A stretch of 64,000 nt of DNA, from contig JAWCCZ010000001.1 of the NCBI GenBank assembly GCA_038861545.1, positions 32,001 to 96,000 on the forward strand, in the 5' to 3' direction. Under the pieces are notes generated by a model. The model had not been told where the DNA came from, made no database searches, and was given only the letters and a program-made list of their open reading frames with translations. This stretch comes from Thermofilaceae archaeon (GTDB lineage Archaea; Thermoproteota; Thermoprotei; Thermofilales; Thermofilaceae). This document shows positions 22,404 to 30,653 of the stretch, piece after piece. The translations under genes and the position numbers were made by a program. The first letter of the stretch is position 1, and each line of letters begins with the position of its first letter.

Positions 22404-23739
22404 AATAAGAAGCCGTGAGGGTAAATATTTGAGTGCAAAGAACTTTGACCTTTATGTTTCTAAAAACATAGCTGAACTTGAAAGAGAGTTCGGGGTAGTC
22501 TATGACCCTGTTCAGCTTTTTCCAGAGGATCCTTCATTCGCACGAGCGGTTTTCGAGGCTGGTTTTAAGCTACTTCTAGATACAGGAGTCTACGTTATAG
22601 AGCAGGAGAGAATCGTTAAGTTCAGCGAGGAGGAGTTGAAAGAAGCTTTAAGAAATTGTAAACCAGTGTTAACCATAGGCGAAGGAAAAGAATCAAAGCA
22701 GCTTCAATTTCGAGACGTGGGGTCAAAGACTCCTCCGCTTGTATTTGGAGGATATGCAGGAACGCCAGTTTCAGAGGAAGATTATGAACCTAGTGCGCTT
22801 TCCTACGCCCTTGAACCGCTTGTAGATGCTATTGATCACGGCAGCATCTCGATGGTGCACGGCATTAATTCAGTCAACGGAGCTCCAAGTGAAGTTGAAG
22901 CCACTGCTACAGAGGTCAAGCTACTTCGCAAAGCGTTGTTAGAGGCTGGGAGACCAGGTATGCATATACTAGCATGCGAGAGCAGCGTTAGCGCTAACGG
23001 AAACTTAGCTGCTATGTCCATGGGTCTTTTGAAACAGAGTGACGCGCATCTTATTCCAATTCTTAACGAATTAAAGGTGAATTATTCCCAGTTAGTGAAA
23101 TCAGAGGCTGGATTACTTTGCGGAGTTTACAACGCGGCTCTTGTGGATCCAATTATCGGGGGTTTTGCGCGTGGAGCAGCTGGCACAGCGATATGTGCCG
23201 TAGCAGAAGTATTAGCTTCTATAGTAATATACAGTGCAGCGTACGTTTTAATCCATCCTTATCACATTAGATTTAAGGCCACAAGTGCTAAAGAGTGCCT
23301 CTGGGTTGAATGCGCGGTAGGGCAAGCTGGTCATTACATTAGTCTGCCACTTATAGGTGATGTATGGCCAGCAAACGGTGGCGGAGTTATCGAAATGTTA
23401 TACGAGATTGCGGCCAACTCTGTAGTGGCTACAACAAGCGGCTTGAATCTTCTAGGTCCTGCACCGGCTAACGGTGAAAAACCCAATGGATGCGGGCTTG
23501 AGGCTAGGCTAATGGCTCAGGTGGGTCGAGCGGTTACTGGCTTAAAACCAATAGAAGTGGTGGATGTTGTTAAGGAACTTGTGAAGAAATACGACGCGAC
23601 TCTATTAAACCCTAATCCGGGCTTACCTTTCCGCGAGCTCTATAATATCTATGAGCGTAAACCGGCAGGCCACTGGTATGAAAAATACACTGGTGTGAAG
23701 CGAGAGCTCGAAGATCTTGGTGTACAGTTATCCGAGTAA
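22378..23739 (+). CDS. mtmB: Monomethylamine:corrinoid methyltransferase MtmB homolog, non-pyrrolysine
   Basis: FEAGFKLLLDTGVY, ERIVKFSEEE, AGRPGM, NELKVNY, IIGGFARG and G.PF.ELY match MtmB; no in-frame TAG. Confidence 0.88.
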   Translation: MPLGPLEVEIRSREGKYLSAKNFDLYVSKNIAELEREFGVVYDPVQLFPEDPSFARAVFEAGFKLLLDTGVYVIEQERIVKFSEEELKEALRNCKPVLTIGEGKESKQLQFRDVGSKTPPLVFGGYAGTPVSEEDYEPSALSYALEPLVDAIDHGSISMVHGINSVNGAPSEVEATATEVKLLRKALLEAGRPGMHILACESSVSANGNLAAMSMGLLKQSDAHLIPILNELKVNYSQLVKSEAGLLCGVYNAALVDPIIGGFARGAAGTAICAVAEVLASIVIYSAAYVLIHPYHIRFKATSAKECLWVECAVGQAGHYISLPLIGDVWPANGGGVIEMLYEIAANSVVATTSGLNLLGPAPANGEKPNGCGLEARLMAQVGRAVTGLKPIEVVDVVKELVKKYDATLLNPNPGLPFRELYNIYERKPAGHWYEKYTGVKRELEDLGVQLSE

Positions 23740-23770
23740 ACGTTTTTGAGTAAGGATAATTATTTTCACT

Positions 23771-24364
23771 GTGAGTCTACCCAAGCTTATCTACAAAGCA
23801 CGCCAAGGGGATAATGTAGGTACTGCATTGGGAGATCTCGAAGAAAATTTGGAATACCCTATTTTCGAGGAGGGCAAGGGGATTACCGGTACCATTAGGG
23901 TTATCACACCAGTGTTGAAGTGGCATAAAGTGGCTCTAGAAGAAGTTTACGAAGATGAGAAGGTAATAAAATTTGGTTATCCTATAGGCATCGCTGTAAC
24001 TCAGATTGTACCTGGTACAATTGTTCACATAACGAACATTATACTGGATTCACGCTTCGACTTCAAATCCCTTGTGAGGAAGGGTTTCGTACTAGGAGAG
24101 GCGACAGCAAAAATAGAAAAAGGAGGAATTTTAAGAATATCTAGAAATTTTCGGCCACTGCATCCAGACCTTAAAGATGAACCGGTTCGAAGTAAGGTGG
24201 GTATAGCAGCCACGTCTATAGCAGAGGGTGCAGCTGTTAGGCTAGGCAATATTATAGATTTAAACCCTGAGCGGTGGCATAATGAAAGGTATAAGCGGTT
24301 AATCAGGGATTTTTACCGTTTGCTGAAGGCTGGTTTAATCGATTTTACGAGGGTTCAGGTGTGA
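23771..24364 (+). CDS. SAF-domain protein (UxaA/SuyA small subunit-like, tandem SAF)
   Basis: DNVGTALGDL, HKVAL..V...EKVIKFGYPIG.A...I.PG..VH..N, followed by a second G.A...I..G repeat. Confidence 0.8.
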   Translation: MSLPKLIYKARQGDNVGTALGDLEENLEYPIFEEGKGITGTIRVITPVLKWHKVALEEVYEDEKVIKFGYPIGIAVTQIVPGTIVHITNIILDSRFDFKSLVRKGFVLGEATAKIEKGGILRISRNFRPLHPDLKDEPVRSKVGIAATSIAEGAAVRLGNIIDLNPERWHNERYKRLIRDFYRLLKAGLIDFTRVQV

Positions 24365-24367
24365 TAG

Positions 24368-25651
24368 ATGGATAGTGTCAAAGCATACCATAGGGAGCAA
24401 AGAAAGATGTATGGAATACGAAACCACATACTTATACTTCCAACAACATTATGCGTAAATAGAGTGGCCGAATGTATCAAAGAGGAATTTAGGAACGAAC
24501 AATGGGGTGAGAGTGGCGAGAACAGGGTTGTTCTAATACGGCATAATAGTGGTTGTTGTCACATAGGTTTCGATAAAAATATGGCTTTTAAAGTACTCAT
24601 GGGGATAGCGTCTCATCCTAATGTACATGGTGTACTTCTAGTTAGTCTTGGGTGCGGCCAATTTTGCAAAAAACCATTAATGCCAGGGGAGAGCAGGAAG
24701 ATTAACTTAGAGGCTTTCAAACTTTATGATAGATTGGTGAAAAGGGGGGTTAAGGTTTTTTGGGTTAACGTTCAAGAAAAAGTTTTACTTCGAGAATATT
24801 CGGATTCTCTCGACCAGGCAATAAACTTAGGCATGAAATTTATCAAAAAGTTAGTTGAAGAGGCAGTAAATGCTAAACGAGTAGAGACGAGACTAAATCG
24901 ATTTGTTATTGGCGTAGGGAATGGGGCATCCGATCCAACATCAGGAATTTTCGCTAATCCGGCACTCGGCTATCTTGTAGATCACTTGGTGAAAGGCGGT
25001 TCCAGTGTTGTCTTCTCGCAGACGATGGAGGTGCTCGGAGCTGAAGATTACCTTTTCGCCAAGTCAGAAAACGAAAAAGTGACGCATAAGTTAAAAAGAT
25101 TGTTGGAAGTAGCTTCAGCTTTTAAGGAAGCATTGCAAGAATACGCTGAGGAATCTGATCCTACTCCCGGCAACATAGCTAGTGGTATATCCACGCTGAC
25201 TGAAAAATCGCTTGGCAGCGTGCTTAAAATTGGTCATGATGCCAATGTTAAATTATCCGATGTTATTCCTTACGCTAACCAGGTACCTAGAGGCGGCGGC
25301 CTCTACTTTATGGATACCCCTGGTGAGGATGCTTTATCAATAACCGGTATGGTAGCGGGTGGAGCCCACGCCGTTATTTTTACAACTGGACTTGGCACAC
25401 CGGTTGGATCCCCAGTCAGTCCTGTTATAAAGGTAACAGCAAATAGGGAAACGTATAAAAAACTTAGGAGTTTGATTGATATCTGTCTTCCTATAGAGGA
25501 AATATTCTATGAGAGTAGGAATCTCCAAGAAATTGCTCTAAAGCATTTGCATCCTTTACTCCTAGATATAATGTCAGGTGAAAAGCTTGCTTGTAATGAA
25601 AAGCTAGGTTTCACGGATTTTGATATTAGAAGCTACTGGATGAGGGCTTAA
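24368..25651 (+). CDS. UxaA/GarD/SuyB family hydro-lyase large subunit
   Basis: GIRNH, H..GC, HPNV.G.L.VSLGC, SD..SG..ANPALG, PTPGN..SG.STL.EKSLG and FTTGLGTP.G motifs. Confidence 0.88.
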   Translation: MDSVKAYHREQRKMYGIRNHILILPTTLCVNRVAECIKEEFRNEQWGESGENRVVLIRHNSGCCHIGFDKNMAFKVLMGIASHPNVHGVLLVSLGCGQFCKKPLMPGESRKINLEAFKLYDRLVKRGVKVFWVNVQEKVLLREYSDSLDQAINLGMKFIKKLVEEAVNAKRVETRLNRFVIGVGNGASDPTSGIFANPALGYLVDHLVKGGSSVVFSQTMEVLGAEDYLFAKSENEKVTHKLKRLLEVASAFKEALQEYAEESDPTPGNIASGISTLTEKSLGSVLKIGHDANVKLSDVIPYANQVPRGGGLYFMDTPGEDALSITGMVAGGAHAVIFTTGLGTPVGSPVSPVIKVTANRETYKKLRSLIDICLPIEEIFYESRNLQEIALKHLHPLLLDIMSGEKLACNEKLGFTDFDIRSYWMRA

Positions 25652-25663
25652 CTAACCATGCGA

Positions 25664-26482
25664 TCAAGGATGAGCAATTCCTTTCAAAGATATTATCGGA
25701 GGTGGCTGGCGTTTATGAATGGTGGCTTTTACCCTTTTCAACACTTTTTCTACAAGTTCAGATGGAAGACCAGTAACTTCAGATATCCGAGATGGTTCAA
25801 TGTTTAGGTCAAAGACTGCGTATAATATTTGGTCAATATCCTCATACTTAAAACCTAACTCATTTTCAGCTTTTTGTCCAGGCCATAATCTAGGACTACT
25901 GGGTTTAGATGCGATTTTATCGGGCAGGCCTAAATACTTTGCCAGTTCTCTAATTTGAGTCTTGTAAAGATCGCCTATCGGCAGCAAGTCTGCTCCACCA
26001 TCTCCGTGTTTAGTAAAATAGCCTAGAAGCAACTCGCTTCGATCACCCGTACCGAGAACCAGTCCGTTAAACCTGTTAGCTGTGTAATACAAGATGGTCA
26101 TTCTAACCCTGGCTTTAACGTTACCAAGCGCGACGTGGTCAAGGGGGTCAAAAAAAGGAATTGAAGTGCTTACGGCTTCGACAGCTTTATCAATTGGTAC
26201 TATGCTTGATTTAAGATCCAGTTTTTCAGCAAGGTACAAGGCATCCTCTACATCATCCTTTGGTGTAGAAGAGGAGTCTGGCATGATAAGTGCTATGACT
26301 TTCTCTCCTCCAACAGCTTCAGCTGCCAGCGTAGCCACAACAGATGAATCAACACCGCCGCTTAAACCTATAACGTAAAGATTTGCTTTACTTTCGATTA
26401 AGTAGTTTTCCAAATATTTTTTTATCTTATTCCTAATTATTTCGTAGTCTAGGCCCCTGAGTTTTTCAAGTAGCAAAGGCAT
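25664..26482 (-). CDS. nadE: NH3-dependent NAD+ synthetase
   Basis: GLSGGVDS, GNVKARVRM, GTGDRSE..LGYFTKHGDG, PIGDLYKT motifs. Confidence 0.96.
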   Translation of the reverse strand: MPLLLEKLRGLDYEIIRNKIKKYLENYLIESKANLYVIGLSGGVDSSVVATLAAEAVGGEKVIALIMPDSSSTPKDDVEDALYLAEKLDLKSSIVPIDKAVEAVSTSIPFFDPLDHVALGNVKARVRMTILYYTANRFNGLVLGTGDRSELLLGYFTKHGDGGADLLPIGDLYKTQIRELAKYLGLPDKIASKPSSPRLWPGQKAENELGFKYEDIDQILYAVFDLNIEPSRISEVTGLPSELVEKVLKRVKATIHKRQPPPIISLKGIAHP

Positions 26483-26495
26483 CCCCTAAGCCCAG

Positions 26496-26897
26496 CTAGC
26501 TTTTAATTAAAGTTTTTTTCGACTTCACGTATACTATTGTTGGTATTTTCATCGTCGTAGCCTTACGTTTCAGGCGAATATCCGCGGTTGCAATGCAAGC
26601 ATTCAGGTCTTTTGCAAGGTGTAGGAGAATCATATCAGTTTGATTACTGATAGCAGTTTCTACGAGCCTACCAATACCTTGAGACAAAATATAGTCAATT
26701 TCATTCATAGCGATTTTAGCTAATATTCCTCTCCTTCCTTTACTTATGGTCAAACCTTTAAGCTCATTTACAACTGCGCTCGGTATAATCACTTCGAATG
26801 ATTCGTCAATTATCTCTTCTAACAGCTGGTGTAAATGTTTATGCGCTTGAGAAGAACAGAGTAACAAGCTCGTATCGACTACTACTTTTACCGTCAC
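26496..26897 (-). CDS. PIN-domain ribonuclease (Fcf1/Utp24-like)
   Basis: VVVDTS, VVNEL, TDMIL and ATAD..LK..A acidic tetrad. Confidence 0.8.
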   Translation of the reverse strand: MTVKVVVDTSLLLCSSQAHKHLHQLLEEIIDESFEVIIPSAVVNELKGLTISKGRRGILAKIAMNEIDYILSQGIGRLVETAISNQTDMILLHLAKDLNACIATADIRLKRKATTMKIPTIVYVKSKKTLIKS

Positions 26898-27087
26898 GTA
26901 ACTTCCTTGACTAACATTTGTTAAAGTATTTGCCTTGCTATAGACATATATAAGGCACAGGAATATTCGCCTAGATTTAAAAAATCTTAACTAAAAGTAT
27001 GAATAAATTAAAAATATTTATGTAAGCAACTTATTAAAGGAATTTTTCCTAAATAGCCAAGGTTAAAGATATCTACTAAATAGACCC

Positions 27088-28449
27088 ATGGTGCCGCAGT
27101 TGACAACGCCATGCCGAAGAAGGAAGAGAGTCCTGATAATGGGCGCCGGCGGGCGTGATTTCCATAACTTTAATGTTTGTTTCAGGGATAATGATGAATA
27201 CGAAGTTGTGGCTTTTACCGCTTCTCAAATACCTTTCATTGAAAATAGAGTATACCCACCGGAGCTGGGCGGCACTCTATACCCTAACGGCATTCCAATA
27301 TTCTCAGAATCAAAGCTTGAAGAAATTATCAAAAAATATGGGGTAGATGAAGTTGTTTTATCCTATAGCGATCTTGTTTGCGAAGATGTGTTATTCAAGA
27401 TGAGCAGAGCTTTGGCAGCTGGTGCTAGTTTCAGAGTCTTAGGAGTCAGAGAAACCATGCTACACGCTCAAATCCCCGTTATTGCAGTTTCAGCGATAAG
27501 AACAGGTGCAGGTAAAAGTAGTGTTGCACGTAAAGTGGTTAAAGTATTGAGAGAGAGGGGTCTAAAGCCAGTTATAGTCAGGCACCCGATGGCCTACGGC
27601 AATTTGCGGGAAATGAAAGTTCAAAGAATAAGTTGCCTTGAGGATTTAGACAAGTACACATACACAATAGAGGAGCGTGAAGAGTTTGAATGGCATATTC
27701 AAGAGGGAACAGTGGTTTATGCTGGTGTAGACTACGAGGCAGTTTTGAATGAGTTAGATAAAGAGAAATTCAATGTTATAGTGTGGGACGGAGGTAATAA
27801 TGATTGGCCCTTTATAAAGCCGGATCTTCACATAACAGTTATTGATCCTATGAGACCTGGCCATGAGATCAGATCGTTTCCAGGTCTCGTCAACTTGATA
27901 ATGGCAGATGTTGCATTAATAAACAAGGCTAATTTAGTAGATAAAAACGTAATAGGACAAACCTTAGAGAGGATAAAAACGATTAATCCAAAAGCTCACA
28001 TAGTTATCGCATCATCGGAGGTCACTGTAGATAACCCGGAGTTAGTACGCGGCTATCGAGTACTAGTTGTTGAAGATGGCCCCTCTGTAACTCATGGTCA
28101 CTTGAGCTTTGGTGCAGGATATACAGCAGCCCTTAAGTATCATGCAGCGGAGATAATTGATCCTAGACCATATGCTGTAGGCAGTTTAAAAAGTGTCTAT
28201 GAAGAATACCCACATATAGGTCCAGTTCTACCGGCGATGGGATACGGACCTCAACAGATTAAGGATCTCGAAGAAACTATTAATAGAGCAGTAGCTGATG
28301 CTGTCATACTTGGTACCCCTACGGATTTATCAAGATATACTAGGATTAATAAACCGGTTGTCAAAGTTAAGTATGAAATACACGAACTTGAGGGTTCGCT
28401 ATCCAAAATAATCAATGATTTCCTAGATAAGGTAGATAATAGTGTCTAA
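27088..28449 (+). CDS. COG2403 P-loop ligase (cDPG-synthetase family), arginine synthetase ArcE-like
   Basis: IMGAGGRDFHNFN, AFTASQIP.I..R.YPPEL, RTGAGKS, RHPMAYG, TIEEREE, WDGGNND, EDGP..THG, LPAMGY motifs. Confidence 0.8.
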   Translation: MVPQLTTPCRRRKRVLIMGAGGRDFHNFNVCFRDNDEYEVVAFTASQIPFIENRVYPPELGGTLYPNGIPIFSESKLEEIIKKYGVDEVVLSYSDLVCEDVLFKMSRALAAGASFRVLGVRETMLHAQIPVIAVSAIRTGAGKSSVARKVVKVLRERGLKPVIVRHPMAYGNLREMKVQRISCLEDLDKYTYTIEEREEFEWHIQEGTVVYAGVDYEAVLNELDKEKFNVIVWDGGNNDWPFIKPDLHITVIDPMRPGHEIRSFPGLVNLIMADVALINKANLVDKNVIGQTLERIKTINPKAHIVIASSEVTVDNPELVRGYRVLVVEDGPSVTHGHLSFGAGYTAALKYHAAEIIDPRPYAVGSLKSVYEEYPHIGPVLPAMGYGPQQIKDLEETINRAVADAVILGTPTDLSRYTRINKPVVKVKYEIHELEGSLSKIINDFLDKVDNSV

Positions 28450-29314
28450 ACACAACGATTTTTATCTAACGGTACATTATCCAACTTTCCTAGGCTTCCC
28501 AGCGAATTGGGTTTCCTCTAAAGCTGTCATAATTGGAATTCCATTTGATGCAGGATCCACCTGGAAACCTGGGTGTAGATTAGCCCCGCTGAAAATCAGG
28601 GAGGTTTCTCAGAATATAGAAACATATGACCCTATAGGGAAAAGGGATGCTGCTACGTTACCGGTAGCTGATGCTGGTGACGTGATTGAGTGTATACTAC
28701 CGAATAGGATGATCAGCGTTGTGGAGAAAGTTGTTTCAGTATTTTATTCTGAAAATAAGCTTGTCGCAAGTTTAGGTGGAGATCATACAGTAACATTAGG
28801 TGTTCTAAAAGGACTGAGTGAGCGAAAGACTTTAGTTATGTTTGATGCTCATCTAGACTATAGGAATGAGTACCCAGTAGGGGAAAGAATAACTCACGCT
28901 ACGGTGCTAAGGCGAGCCTGCGAATGGGATTTAATAGAGTACGCACTATTAATAGGTGTAAGAGGTGTTTCGAGAGAGGAGGTTGAAACTTTAGAGAAGG
29001 AAGGGCGAGCAAAAATTATGTATGCGTGGGCTACCGAAGAAGAGTTAAAAGATGCGTTTAGCACCCTTAACAGGAGAATTTACATTAGTGTAGATATAGA
29101 TGTGCTAGATCCCTCTATAGCTCCTGGGGTCACTTGTCCTGAACCTGGAGGGCTCACCTATACGCAGTTATGTAAAGCTCTCTCTGCTCTATCAAGCTTC
29201 AAGGTACTAGGGTTAGATATAGTAGAAGTAAACCCTTTATTAGATATCAATGATTTAACTAGCTATGTCACTGCTAAACTTTTATCTAAGCTGTTAATTA
29301 ACTTAGTAAGCTAA
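28442..29314 (+). CDS. speB: Agmatinase (ureohydrolase family)
   Basis: GIPFD, PG.RLAP, GGDHTVT, FDAHLD, DIDVLDP..APG...PEPGG, DIVEVNP motifs. Confidence 0.9.
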   Translation: MSKHNDFYLTVHYPTFLGFPANWVSSKAVIIGIPFDAGSTWKPGCRLAPLKIREVSQNIETYDPIGKRDAATLPVADAGDVIECILPNRMISVVEKVVSVFYSENKLVASLGGDHTVTLGVLKGLSERKTLVMFDAHLDYRNEYPVGERITHATVLRRACEWDLIEYALLIGVRGVSREEVETLEKEGRAKIMYAWATEEELKDAFSTLNRRIYISVDIDVLDPSIAPGVTCPEPGGLTYTQLCKALSALSSFKVLGLDIVEVNPLLDINDLTSYVTAKLLSKLLINLVS

Positions 29315-29469
29315 AATGCAAGAACTTTCTTTACAGTAGGAGCTCTCAACTTAACAACTATACGCCAGCCACAGTGGGGACATTTAACTCCTGGTAGAAT
29401 TTCCATCTCAGTTTTAGAGAATTCCTTACCGCATTTCGGACATTTATACATTCTGTCTTCAGAACCCAT
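29311..29469 (-). CDS. rpoP: DNA-directed RNA polymerase subunit P (Rpo12)
   Basis: Manually translated 52 aa: MGSEDRMYKCPKCGKEF...GVKCPHCGWRIVVKLRAPTVKKVLAF; below the ORF-track size cutoff. Confidence 0.92.
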   Translation of the reverse strand: MGSEDRMYKCPKCGKEFSKTEMEILPGVKCPHCGWRIVVKLRAPTVKKVLAF

Positions 29470-29492
29470 ATTCAGTGAAGGTTGAGGGGTCT

Positions 29493-29936
29493 TTATAAAC
29501 CTAAAGGTACTAATTCGACGAGGCTTATAACCCGATTTTCGGGACAGGCAACCTTTCCATGAACTGCCACCACTTTAACTTGTTCTCCTTCGATGAAATA
29601 AGTATTGTTACATAGTAAGTATCTGAGGCACGATTCGCGTTCACAACGGGGAATCTTATATCTGAATGTTAGCCCTTCAACAGCTAACTTGCTTTCAACA
29701 GTTGAAAGCGCCGGCATTTCCTCTACCTCGATAACCACCATTCGTTCGTTTAAAAGCGGGCACGTATGGGCCTTTCGTCTAATAGCTTTCACCTTGTATC
29801 TCCCGCCGGATCTCAATGTTCCTGCACAGACTTTGTAAAAGGGACATTTAATACACTTTGGATTAACCATAGCTTTAAACACTGTACCAACTTTAGCTTG
29901 AGCTTCTGTTACCATAGTTATTTTTGTCGTATACAT
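29493..29936 (-). CDS. UPF0179 family protein
   Basis: ITMV...AKVG..F, C..C....VC...L..G..Y.V..IR...H.CP motif. Confidence 0.8.
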   Translation of the reverse strand: MYTTKITMVTEAQAKVGTVFKAMVNPKCIKCPFYKVCAGTLRSGGRYKVKAIRRKAHTCPLLNERMVVIEVEEMPALSTVESKLAVEGLTFRYKIPRCERESCLRYLLCNNTYFIEGEQVKVVAVHGKVACPENRVISLVELVPLGL

Positions 29937-30002
29937 TATCTCTTCATTGATGTTTTTCTAGGACAAATTTTTAAAGATCTACTTCTCAATCTCAAGGGAA
30001 TT

Positions 30003-30650
30003 ATGCAAAACCTTTCTAATGGTATAGCGGTAAAGCCGCTTAAGGGTACTACCACTGTTGGAGTGGCATACCGGGATTTCGTAGTGCTTGCTGCAGATAG
30101 GCGTGCTACAAGTGGTTCCTTTATAGCCCATAAAAAAGCAGAAAAAATTCAAAGAGTAGACGATCATGCTGTAGTCACGATAGCTGGGTATGTAGGGGAT
30201 GCTCAATGGCTGGTAGAGCGTTTACGCGTTGAAGCTCGGCTTTATAAACTGGAAAATGCTGAGCCTATACCTCTAGAGACTCTTGCCTCGTTGGCTTCCA
30301 TTATACTTTTTCAGAGTAGGCCCTTCATAATTGTGCAGATGCTCATCGGCGGTGTTGACAGTTATGGTGCTAACCTATTCTGCTTGGATTGGCTAGGGAC
30401 AGTAACAAAAGAGAAATATACGGCAACGGGATCCGGAACCCCATACGCGATAAGCCTTATAGAAAGCGAGTACCGGGAAGATCTTACACCAGAAGAGGCG
30501 CTTAAGTTAGCCGTTAAAGCTGTTAAAGCTGCCACTATGAGAGACCCTGGAAGTGGGGAGGGTATTGACCTAGCATTAGTTAGCAAGGAAGGTATGCGTC
30601 TTTTTAAGGGAGAGGAAATCCTGTCCTCAAGTGTTTTGGGTGTGAGTTAA
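30003..30650 (+). CDS. psmB: Proteasome beta subunit
   Basis: Short propeptide then KG/TTTVG, AADRRAT, ATGSG, RDPGSG; ATG 30003 preferred over ORF-track start 29766. Confidence 0.95.
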   Translation: MQNLSNGIAVKPLKGTTTVGVAYRDFVVLAADRRATSGSFIAHKKAEKIQRVDDHAVVTIAGYVGDAQWLVERLRVEARLYKLENAEPIPLETLASLASIILFQSRPFIIVQMLIGGVDSYGANLFCLDWLGTVTKEKYTATGSGTPYAISLIESEYREDLTPEEALKLAVKAVKAATMRDPGSGEGIDLALVSKEGMRLFKGEEILSSSVLGVS

Positions 30651-30653
30651 AAT

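Noticed and set aside
22969-22973. TAG triplet overlapping the Pyl-equivalent codon of mtmB
   Set aside because: It is out of frame (cTA Gca) and the reading frame is intact on both sides, so there is no sign of recoding or frameshift.
29766-30002. Long N-terminal extension of the proteasome beta ORF
   Set aside because: It overlaps the antisense UPF0179 gene and promoter; ATG 30003 gives a normal short propeptide.
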